IMG/VR virus record: IMGVR_UViG_2934384730_000002
Span: 1-64,000 of that record
DNA length: 64,000 bases
Strand: one strand, 5' to 3'
DNA from: a virus
Lineage: Duplodnaviria > Caudoviricetes
The notes below the pieces were generated by a model, which was not told where the DNA came from, made no database searches, and saw only the letters and a list, made by a program, of their open reading frames with translations. This document shows positions 28,888-36,696 of this stretch, in pieces. The position numbers were made by a program, and so were the translations under genes. Every line of letters starts with the position of its first letter. The first letter of the stretch is position 1.

Positions 28888-29669
28888 GACCGCTCCAGGA
28901 GGACCCGGCGGTCGTTGGTGCGGATGTTCACCGACGCGGAGCGGTCGGGGATGGTGTCGAGGGGGCCGCGCCGGATGTGGACCGGGCCGGTGATGTAGAG
29001 CCACGTCGTGCCGGGCTCGGCGGGCAGCCCGCCCGGGCCCACGTTGAGCGCGGAGTAGCCGGCGCCGATCACCGCGCAGTTCCCGGCGAGGGTCTGAAGG
29101 GACCCAGTTTCGGAATCCTCGCGCAGGATGTTGCAGCAGCCGAGGAGCGCCGCGACGCCGGCAGGGACGTGCAGGACGCCTACGCCGCCGTAGGACTCCG
29201 CGAGGCAGCCCTCCAGCGCGGCGACGCCCTGAGCGACCGACACGGGCCCTTCGGCCGGGGTGAGGTCGACGGCGTCCCTGGAGAGGTGGGAGGCCATGAA
29301 CGCGGCCTCCAGGCCGTGCTGCTCGCCGAGGTCCATCGTGGCCCGGGCGTGCTCCACGGCCTCGTCGTACGACCAGCCGAGGGCGCCGCACTCGGCGCCG
29401 GCGTACAGGGTGATCGGGTCCGCGCCCTCGATCTCGGGCCGGTCGAAGATCTTCACGGCGGGTTCCCCGGGCGACTCGCCGGGGGACTCGTCGGTGAGGC
29501 AGGGGTCCACCCAGTGGCGGACCGGGGAGCAGCCGAGGCCCAGCCACTCCACGCCCATCAGCTCGTGGACGTCGGTGACGTCCACGACGGTGGTACAGGC
29601 GTTGAGGATGCCGTGCGGCAGCGGCGTCCCGGTGATGGGCTCGACGGCCTTACGCATGCCTGACGGCAT
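28827..29669 (-). CDS. Second capsid protein (pentamer-type)
   Basis: Follows MCP; LEGCLAESYGGVGVLH..WLYITGPV..ERSYVV; cluster B-like arrangement. Confidence 0.7.
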   Translation of the reverse strand: MPSGMRKAVEPITGTPLPHGILNACTTVVDVTDVHELMGVEWLGLGCSPVRHWVDPCLTDESPGESPGEPAVKIFDRPEIEGADPITLYAGAECGALGWSYDEAVEHARATMDLGEQHGLEAAFMASHLSRDAVDLTPAEGPVSVAQGVAALEGCLAESYGGVGVLHVPAGVAALLGCCNILREDSETGSLQTLAGNCAVIGAGYSALNVGPGGLPAEPGTTWLYITGPVHIRRGPLDTIPDRSASVNIRTNDRRVLLERSYVVGTTCTICAVNVEVCST

Positions 29670-29695
29670 CGTGCACCTCCGGTGCGTTCAGGGGA

Positions 29696-29730
29696 CGCCG
29701 GGCCCTCGGCTCACGCTCAAGGGCCCGGCG
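29696..29730 (-). terminator. Stem-loop after major capsid gene
   Basis: CGCCGGGCCCT/AGGGCCCGGCG. Confidence 0.5.
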
Positions 29731-29753
29731 CGTCCGGGTCGGGGAGGTACGGG

Positions 29754-31433
29754 TCAGCAGGCGAGGAGCGTCTGCGCGCCGGTCTCACCGGAGGGGCAGA
29801 CCGGGACGGTGACGAGGCGGGTGTCCACCGACCGGTTGACCAGCGCGGCGCACTCCTCCGCGAAGAGCGCGGTGTAGTCGTTCACGCGGAACTTCGTGCT
29901 GTCGTGGATGACGCCGAGGTTGACCTCCTCGCCACGGCCGATGACGAGGCCGCCGGCGGGGTAGATCAGGAACTTGACCTCGCCGGGGAACGCCACGGCC
30001 GGGTCGGGGCCGCCGATCTCGTCGGGAACGGCCGGGTTCAGGCCCCGCGCGAACTGCACGCGGACACCGAGCTTGCCGAACGTGTCCTGAATGCAGTTGG
30101 GGTCGAGGTCGCAGATGTTGACGCCGTTCTGCCGCGCGAGGTCGGCGAGGAACAGCTGCCGCGACCAGTACGGGAACACCACCTCAAGGGCGGTGCTCTC
30201 GCAGAGGCTGTGCCGCTCGATCATGTCGGCCGCCTGGAGACCCACCGCCGCGAACACGCTGGAGAGCGCGCCGAACGACGCCGCGATGTCCACGGGTGTG
30301 GCCGTGTTGAGCGCCTGCTGGAAGAGCTGCTGCTTGATACGGATCTCGTGCGCGACCATTGAGTTGCGCAGGTACCAGGAGACGAGCTCCGGGAAGTGCC
30401 GCTGGGTGAGGATGCCGGCCTCCAGGCACACGCCGATGGCGTCACAGCGCACCTCGACCGGCTCCGGGCAGGGAATGCGGAAGCAGGGCTTCTCAGCACC
30501 GCTGATGTCGTCGGCCTCGGTGTGCACCCACGTCATGGCGGCGACGTCGAGGGAGAGCGGCATGTAGTAGCGCAGGCCGCCCCGGGCGAGCTGGATCTCC
30601 GGCGCGTCCCACAGGAGGTCGGGGCACGCCGTGTCGGTCAGCTCGTAGACGGTCTCCGACGGGGCGCACCAGCCGCCCGACGCGACGAGCTCACGCTCCG
30701 GCAGGCGGCTCTGGCTGGAGGCGGTCAGGGCGACGCTGGTGCCCTCCGGCGCCGACGAGGAGTCGGTGACGATGAGTTCCTGCGGGTACGGGTGCCGGTA
30801 CGAGATGACCTGACCGACGCCGCCGCCCGCCGTCTTGAGGGCGTTGGCGCGGCTGATGATGCCGGCCGTGATGTCGCCGAAGTCGAGGGCCGCGCCGGGG
30901 GTGTAGCCGGGGACGTCGACCGCCGCGGTGATGGTGGTTCCCGGGGCCGGGGCCTCGGGCAGGACGCGGGGCTGGACCCGGCGCACGGCGCTGAGGTTGA
31001 GGGCGGGCCGGGCGACGGCGGACGCGGTGGCGGTCGCGGGCGCGGCCGGAGCGGGCGCGGCCGGAGCGGGGGCGGGCTGCTCCGGGGCCGGGTCGGCGGC
31101 TGCGGTGGTCTCCTCCGCCGCGGGCGGCTCCTCCACGGCGGGCGCGGTCTGCGCCTCGTCGCCGCGGATCTGCGCGGCGAGCTGGTCGATCTCGCTCACG
31201 GCGGCCTCGGCGGCCTCGCGGCGGGACCGCTGCTCCGAGCGGATCGCCTCGGTGCCGGCGGCGAGCGCCCGCATCTGGGCGAGGGAGTCCTCCGTGATCT
31301 CGTCCCGAGCGGACAGCGCGGCGAAGGTCTGCGCGGTGGTCTCCGTCGCCGCGCTCAGGTCCTCGTCCGTGAGGGAGGAGAGGTAGGCGCCGTCGGAGAG
31401 CTGGTTGAGGTCCTGCGGGAGCTCGAAGGCCAT
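29754..31433 (-). CDS. Major capsid (hexamer-type) protein with scaffold-like N-terminus
   Basis: ASGGWCAPSETVY, LTQRHFPEL, HDSTKFRVNDYTALFAEE. Confidence 0.88.
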   Translation of the reverse strand: MAFELPQDLNQLSDGAYLSSLTDEDLSAATETTAQTFAALSARDEITEDSLAQMRALAAGTEAIRSEQRSRREAAEAAVSEIDQLAAQIRGDEAQTAPAVEEPPAAEETTAAADPAPEQPAPAPAAPAPAAPATATASAVARPALNLSAVRRVQPRVLPEAPAPGTTITAAVDVPGYTPGAALDFGDITAGIISRANALKTAGGGVGQVISYRHPYPQELIVTDSSSAPEGTSVALTASSQSRLPERELVASGGWCAPSETVYELTDTACPDLLWDAPEIQLARGGLRYYMPLSLDVAAMTWVHTEADDISGAEKPCFRIPCPEPVEVRCDAIGVCLEAGILTQRHFPELVSWYLRNSMVAHEIRIKQQLFQQALNTATPVDIAASFGALSSVFAAVGLQAADMIERHSLCESTALEVVFPYWSRQLFLADLARQNGVNICDLDPNCIQDTFGKLGVRVQFARGLNPAVPDEIGGPDPAVAFPGEVKFLIYPAGGLVIGRGEEVNLGVIHDSTKFRVNDYTALFAEECAALVNRSVDTRLVTVPVCPSGETGAQTLLAC

Positions 31434-31462
31434 GGGTCGGGTCTCCAGGTTTGATCCTGATG

Positions 31463-31500
31463 ACCCGGCCCATAACCAGCGGTACTAGTGGAACAGCATA
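31463..31500 (-). promoter_or_regulatory. Late leader motif copy 9 (31463-31480) with -10 TATGCT
   Basis: GCTGGTTATGGGCCGGGT 14 nt after TATGCT. Confidence 0.8.
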
Positions 31501-31540
31501 GCCACCCCGGAGGGCAGGTAAGCGGTGATGTGAGGGGTGG

Positions 31541-31945
31541 TCAGGCCGGGGTGGGGGCCTGCTCGGCGGTGAGGGTGGCGCCCGAGGCGGTGAGCGCGGC
31601 CGGGAGCGGGTAGACCACGGCCCCGCTGTCCACGGCGCGGACCACGGCGCCGTCGGCCGCCCGCTCGTCCGCGGCGGCCCGCAGCGGGGCCTTGTCGGCG
31701 TCGTTGCGGACCTTGTGGGCGGGGAGGATCACCGTGTCTCCGGCGACGACCTCGTACGCGCCCTTGGGCCAGGCGTGGTAGACGGCGTCGCCGGTCTTCT
31801 TGTCCCGGACGACGCTGGTGGGGTACCGGTCCGCGACGGCCTCGGCGGTGCCGCGGCTGGAGCTGGTGAACGCGGGCCGGTTCGCGCGGCCGGCGTTCGG
31901 GACGACCTCGTACGTCTGGCGCTTGTTCTTGCACGCGCATGCCAT
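31541..31945 (-). CDS. Small head-module protein
   Basis: MACACKNK start, AGGAG RBS. Confidence 0.7.
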   Translation of the reverse strand: MACACKNKRQTYEVVPNAGRANRPAFTSSSRGTAEAVADRYPTSVVRDKKTGDAVYHAWPKGAYEVVAGDTVILPAHKVRNDADKAPLRAAADERAADGAVVRAVDSGAVVYPLPAALTASGATLTAEQAPTPA

Positions 31946-31971
31946 GGCGGTGCTCCTCTCGGGTGGGTGGG

Positions 31972-34900
31972 TTAGGCGGCGGCGGAGACGGTGGCGGCCA
32001 GGCGCTCCACCTCCGCGCGTCGTTCGTCGGCCCGCTGCTGCTGCCGGCGGGACAGGGCGTCCAAGAGGGTGTCGAGGACGTCGGGGCTGTCGAGCGCGGC
32101 AGTCAGGGCCGGGGTCGGCACGGGTGCCGTGGCCGGGGCACCAGCGGCGGGAGCGGGGGCGGGGGTGGGCATGCCGCTCGCGGCGGACGCGGCGGACGCG
32201 GCCAGGGCGAGGTTCGAGCGCTCCACGGCGGCCGCGAGGAGCGGCGAGGAGTGCCCGGGCACGGGCACGGACAGGACCGCGCGGAGCTGCCACCGGCCGT
32301 CGGCGCCCTGCCGCATGTGGTAGCTCGGCTGGCACGCCGTGAAGACGGTCCGGTCCCACGGGCTCAGCCAGGGAGCGGCTGCGCCGGAGAACCACAGCCC
32401 GCGCTCGTTCATGCCGGTGGTGATGACCGCAGCGACAGTCCGACTGTCGTCAAACTGGCACGACGCGGTGTCGCACTCGGCGCCGTCCTTGCTGTGGGGC
32501 ACGTTCATGGTGAAGGCGCCGGCCTTGACGAACGTGCCGTCATCGAGCTTGAACCTCGCCCTCAGGAAGTGGGTCATGTCCAGCTCGCCCAGCGACTCCA
32601 CAGTGAGGTTCCGGCCCGGGTACCCGGCGTGGGGTACCCCGGCCTGCGCCACCCACCCGTAGACCCGGCCGTCGGCGTAGTGCACGCCCCCGGAGCCGGG
32701 CGGGAGTTCGGCCTCGGTGGGCTCGCGGAACCAGGCGGCGGGCATGGGGTCGGCGTCGCGCATGGCGGTCCAGGCCGACGCGGCGAGGTCGGTGAGGACG
32801 TCGTCCGGCACCGGGTGGAGGCGCAGCGAGGCCGGGACGTCGGCGGGGGCGCCGGGCACGGTCCCGGCCGCCGCAGCCACCGAGGCCGACGCCTCGGTGC
32901 CGGGGCCGGCCGTCGCGCCGACGTACAGGCCGGGGCGGAGACGGACGAGGTCGCCGGCCTTGACCGCCGCGCCGAGGTGCTTCCGGGCGGTCGACACGGA
33001 GATGCCGAGGGCCTTGGCGACGTGCGCCGCGCCGACGGGGGCGGGCGCCGTACGGACGTAGGTGACGACGCGGCGGCGGGTGGCCTCGCTGCTGGCCGTG
33101 ACGTCGTCCAGGAGCGGGGGGCGGGCGGACGCTTCCCGCTCGGCCTCGTCGTCGTCCAGCGGGTCCAGGACGATCCGGGCCGCCGCGAACGCGGGGACGG
33201 CCACCAGGGTGGCGCCGCGGAGGCGGGCGCGGGTGATGCGGACGAGGAAGTCCCCGGAGTTCTCGGAGTGGACGACCACGCCGGTGTCGGGGTCGTCGGC
33301 GTCGCCGGCGGCGGCGGTGATCGCGTCGGGGAGCAGCCCCGTGCCGGCGAACGCCGAGGTGAGTGCGGAGGCGTTGACCTGTCCGCCGGGCCCGGTGATG
33401 AGCTGCACGGTGCGCCGGGTGCGGGAGAGGACCCCGGCGGAAGCAGCCCACTCGGCGGTGGGCTGGGCGGTGATGAGCCAGCCGCCGTCTTCCAGGGGCA
33501 GGAGCGACGCGGAGGCGAGGGACGCGGCCAGGACCAGGTTCCCGGCCTCGTCCTCGGCGAGGGTCTTGTCCACGAACTCCACGTCGACGTCGTCCAGGTC
33601 GACGGACACGCCGAGCGGGGCCTCTTCCTCCAGGAGGAGGGCGGCCTCGGCGCCGGAGCGCTGGGTGAGGTACAGGACGCCGCTGCCGGTGATGCGGTCC
33701 CCGTCCCGGCCCACGCTGGTGATCGCTCCGGCCAGCTCAGCGCCCTGGTGGCCGGACAGCATTTCGTCGGCGTACTGGAGGGGCCAGGGGCCGGCGCCGT
33801 CCCAGGAGAGCGCGCCCGGCCGGAAGACCCTCCCGTCGCCGGTGGTCTGGTTCTCGAAGGCGAGCGCCGTGCCGTCCGGCGTGCTCCACGCGCGGGTCGG
33901 CAGGCCGGCCGCCGTGGTCTCCTCAGTGGGCATGGGGGACCCTTCCTTTCTGAGGCCCCCGGAGGGCCTCACTCCATGGGCTGTTGCTCCTGTGCCGCCT
34001 TCAACCGGGCGCGCCGCTCCCGCTGTGCGGCAGCGGCCCTCGCCCGGTACTCCGGCGTGCTGCGGTGGGCCTTCGCTGAGGCCCGGCGCTTCGCCTTCGT
34101 CTCGTCGCTGCACTGGCGGTTCCGCAACTTGTCCGGGTTGGCCGCCGCCCACCGGCGCGTAGCCTCCCGCTGGCACTCCACGCACACGCCCCACCCCCGG
34201 CTGTCCCGCCGGTCGTACGGCCTCCTGTGCACGGAGCAAGTGGCCTGTTCCAGGCTCTCCGCGTGGTGGTCGCTGTGCTCCTGGACCGGAAGGACCACCA
34301 GGTGGTTTTCCTCCACGCACCGGGGCGTTTCGCACGTGTGGTGTACGTCCTCCTCCGGCTCGATAGGCCTCCCAAGTGCCGTGGCCGAGACGACCCGGAT
34401 GGCGCTCACCTGGCGCTCCCGACCGTCGTTGATCCACACCCACGGGCGATCCTTCGACGGGGTGAGCGCCGTCAGCCGACAGCCGTTCGGCATGACCTTC
34501 GCCGCAGCCACCAGCCGGGCGGCCACTTCCGGGAGTACCGGGACCCTCGTTCCATGTCGCGTTGCCATGCGCCCCATGGTCCCGCACGTGTGCGGCGCGC
34601 ACATCACCCTGACGGGTGGCCTCGCCTGCGGATTCGTTGAGCAGGACGTCGATATGGTCCCCGCCGAACGCTAGACGGATGCGGTCGAACACGATGGGGC
34701 CGAGGCGCGCCTCCAGCTCCTCCAGCGGCCATGTCTTCCCGGTATAGATCGCACACACATGCGGAATCCACGGGGAGTGTTGGGTGGGCAGCTCGGGGCG
34801 GTTGTGGGTGCCCTCCAGGGCGTCCGTGGCGAGGGCGTGGGCCTGGACGAGGGTGGGGGCGTCGTCGGGGGCGTCGCGGTCCCCGCCGACCGACCACACC

Positions 34901-36054
34901 CACGACGGGGAGTCGCTGCCGGCGTTCCAGTGGGCGGCGCCGAACGCCCGCGCGGTGATGGGGCCGCCGAGGTCCTGGACGCGGGAGCGGACGAGGTCCG
35001 CGAGCTCCTGGCGCTGCTCCTCGGTCCAGTCGCCGCCCTGGTCACCGAGGAAGTACAGGGTGAGGTGGAGCTCATCGGCCGCTTCGCCGCCGTCGAGGGC
35101 GAGGCGGGCGGCGTCGTCCTCGGTGGGGATGAGCGCGATCATGCCGCCCATGAGGTGGCTCCCGTCCGCCGCAGCCACGAGCGGCCCGGCATTCGAAGGT
35201 GTGGTGCCGTGGTGCGCCGACGATTCGTAAGAAGCCGTCCGTCCGGCGTCTTCGGAAGTGGGGGCGGCGGCGGAGGTGCGGCGTTCGGCGTGGGCGAGCC
35301 TCAGCACGCACCGGCAGTTCACGACGAGGGAGGCGGGGGCGGAGGGGTCGCCGGGTGCGTCCATGTCGTACCCGCCGACCCGGAACGGCTCATCGATCAG
35401 CCGGAGTTGGCCGTCCGCCTCGTCGTGGGCGTGCCGCACGCGCCGGTCGCCTCGGGTACGCCACTGCTTCACCAGGGGCCGGTCCGGGCCGGACAGCGCC
35501 CGGGCGGCCTCCAGGGTGGCGGTGTTCCAGGCGCGGGACGCCTCGGTGGCTGCGGTGCGCTCCTGGCGGCCCGCGCCGAGCTGCGGCCCGTCCTCCCGGA
35601 ACCGGGTCAGGAGCCGCGCCCGGAGCTGGTCGACGTCCTCCCCGGCCTCCAGGCCCTCCGCGAGTTCCTGGCGGGCGACGTCCGCGAGGCGGTCCCCCAC
35701 GGCGCGGAGCAGGTGCTCGGTGGTCTCCACGTACTGGCCGATGCCGGCGGGGAGTTCCCGGCCGTCCTCGTACCGGCCGGGGAGGTCGTCCCACGTGCCG
35801 TCGAGGTCGGCGTCCACGGAGTCGGCGGCCTGGTGCGCGGCGGTCTCCGCGACGCCGAGGAGCCGGGCGACGACCCGGGGCATGCGTGATGCCCACATGC
35901 GGGCGATGCGGCCGACGGAGAATCGGGCGGCGACCAGCTCGTCCGCGCCGGACACGGCGTCCGCGAACTCCTCGGCCACCTCGGCGAGGACGTCCGCGAC
36001 AACGCGGCTCACCTCCTCCTCTGCCTGCTGGAGCGTGGCCTCCTCATCGGCCAT
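31972..36054 (-). CDS. MuF-like + 2H phosphoesterase + capsid maturation protease fusion (internal start possible at 33933)
   Basis: KQWRTRGDRRVRHAH..NCRC; HLTL/HVCA; TGDGRVF..GVSVDLD..GATLVAVPAF. Confidence 0.8.
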   Translation of the reverse strand: MADEEATLQQAEEEVSRVVADVLAEVAEEFADAVSGADELVAARFSVGRIARMWASRMPRVVARLLGVAETAAHQAADSVDADLDGTWDDLPGRYEDGRELPAGIGQYVETTEHLLRAVGDRLADVARQELAEGLEAGEDVDQLRARLLTRFREDGPQLGAGRQERTAATEASRAWNTATLEAARALSGPDRPLVKQWRTRGDRRVRHAHDEADGQLRLIDEPFRVGGYDMDAPGDPSAPASLVVNCRCVLRLAHAERRTSAAAPTSEDAGRTASYESSAHHGTTPSNAGPLVAAADGSHLMGGMIALIPTEDDAARLALDGGEAADELHLTLYFLGDQGGDWTEEQRQELADLVRSRVQDLGGPITARAFGAAHWNAGSDSPSWVWSVGGDRDAPDDAPTLVQAHALATDALEGTHNRPELPTQHSPWIPHVCAIYTGKTWPLEELEARLGPIVFDRIRLAFGGDHIDVLLNESAGEATRQGDVRAAHVRDHGAHGNATWNEGPGTPGSGRPAGGCGEGHAERLSADGAHPVEGSPVGVDQRRSGAPGERHPGRLGHGTWEAYRAGGGRTPHVRNAPVRGGKPPGGPSGPGAQRPPRGEPGTGHLLRAQEAVRPAGQPGVGRVRGVPAGGYAPVGGGQPGQVAEPPVQRRDEGEAPGLSEGPPQHAGVPGEGRCRTAGAARPVEGGTGATAHGVRPSGGLRKEGSPMPTEETTAAGLPTRAWSTPDGTALAFENQTTGDGRVFRPGALSWDGAGPWPLQYADEMLSGHQGAELAGAITSVGRDGDRITGSGVLYLTQRSGAEAALLLEEEAPLGVSVDLDDVDVEFVDKTLAEDEAGNLVLAASLASASLLPLEDGGWLITAQPTAEWAASAGVLSRTRRTVQLITGPGGQVNASALTSAFAGTGLLPDAITAAAGDADDPDTGVVVHSENSGDFLVRITRARLRGATLVAVPAFAAARIVLDPLDDDEAEREASARPPLLDDVTASSEATRRRVVTYVRTAPAPVGAAHVAKALGISVSTARKHLGAAVKAGDLVRLRPGLYVGATAGPGTEASASVAAAAGTVPGAPADVPASLRLHPVPDDVLTDLAASAWTAMRDADPMPAAWFREPTEAELPPGSGGVHYADGRVYGWVAQAGVPHAGYPGRNLTVESLGELDMTHFLRARFKLDDGTFVKAGAFTMNVPHSKDGAECDTASCQFDDSRTVAAVITTGMNERGLWFSGAAAPWLSPWDRTVFTACQPSYHMRQGADGRWQLRAVLSVPVPGHSSPLLAAAVERSNLALAASAASAASGMPTPAPAPAAGAPATAPVPTPALTAALDSPDVLDTLLDALSRRQQQRADERRAEVERLAATVSAAA
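33969..34568 (-). CDS. HNH homing endonuclease nested in an alternative frame
   Basis: DVHHTCETPRCVEENHL, second Zn site CSVH..CVEC. Confidence 0.8.
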   Translation of the reverse strand: MATRHGTRVPVLPEVAARLVAAAKVMPNGCRLTALTPSKDRPWVWINDGRERQVSAIRVVSATALGRPIEPEEDVHHTCETPRCVEENHLVVLPVQEHSDHHAESLEQATCSVHRRPYDRRDSRGWGVCVECQREATRRWAAANPDKLRNRQCSDETKAKRRASAKAHRSTPEYRARAAAAQRERRARLKAAQEQQPME

Positions 36055-36286
36055 GGGTCACCTCTTCCGCCCGGGGGCCCGGGCACGAGTCGGGGTCGTG
36101 TGCTTGGGCCGGGCCGGCGGCGTGGAGGGCGTTGTCCCGTGCCCGCCACGCCACCAGCTCCGTGTCCGGCTCGATGCCGGGGCAGGCAGCGCACCAGCCG
36201 TGGGCGCGGTGCGCGGCGGCGGAGTGCCCGACCCGCGCTGTGTGGTCCAGGGGCCGGCCGTTCGGGGCTGTCGGCTGGTCAGCCAC
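36044..36286 (-). CDS. Small hypothetical protein (H..H..WC..C)
   Basis: Overlap-coupled; HRAHGWCAAC. Confidence 0.55.
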   Translation of the reverse strand: MADQPTAPNGRPLDHTARVGHSAAAHRAHGWCAACPGIEPDTELVAWRARDNALHAAGPAQAHDPDSCPGPRAEEVTHGR

Positions 36287-36482
36287 GGGAGGCCTCCCCG
36301 GGGCGGTGGAACGTCATCGGTTCCAGCTCCACCCGGTGGTCCTCGAAGAGGAGAACCGGGGTGATGATTACGCCCGCCTCCTGGCCGGGAGGGGCGTCCT
36401 CAAGGGCCCGGGCGGCATCCGCGTAGATCTGGCGCCTGAAGTCGGCGAGGAAGTCCGCGAGCATGGTGGTGAGGTCAGCCAC
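36279..36482 (-). CDS. Small hypothetical protein
   Basis: GGAGG RBS, coupled. Confidence 0.5.
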   Translation of the reverse strand: MADLTTMLADFLADFRRQIYADAARALEDAPPGQEAGVIITPVLLFEDHRVELEPMTFHRPGEASRG

Positions 36483-36696
36483 GGTCGGCCTCCCGGTCGT
36501 CGGGCTCGTCGCAGACCTCGCACCCGGCGTACGAGCCGACGACGGACACGCCGCCCCGGTCGAGGTAGAGGACTTCGCCGGTGAACCGGGTCCACGCCTT
36601 GCAGACGTGGCACCAGGCGGTGCGGGGCTCGCTGGCGGTCACGTAGACGGTGGCGGAGGCCAGAGGGGGCGGTACGGGCTGCTGGCGGGGCGTCAC
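36475..36696 (-). CDS. Small Zn-ribbon protein
   Basis: WCHVC..GCEVC; GTGA coupling to portal. Confidence 0.6.
   Translation of the reverse strand: MTPRQQPVPPPLASATVYVTASEPRTAWCHVCKAWTRFTGEVLYLDRGGVSVVGSYAGCEVCDEPDDREADRG

Noticed and set aside
7859-31480. 18-mer repeats as CRISPR array or recombination cassette sites
   Set aside because: Spacing is irregular and gene-sized, no cas or recombinase gene, and copies are tied to -10 boxes and RBS hairpins
33940-34640. Group I intron or intein around the HNH gene
   Set aside because: No recognisable intron core, little non-coding space, HNH out of frame and no intein terminal residues
31939-34674. Long plus-strand ORFs (e.g. 911 aa here, 60104..62833, 45581..47443, 42761..44632)
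   Set aside because: Antisense shadows of real high-GC genes, with no RBS or motifs
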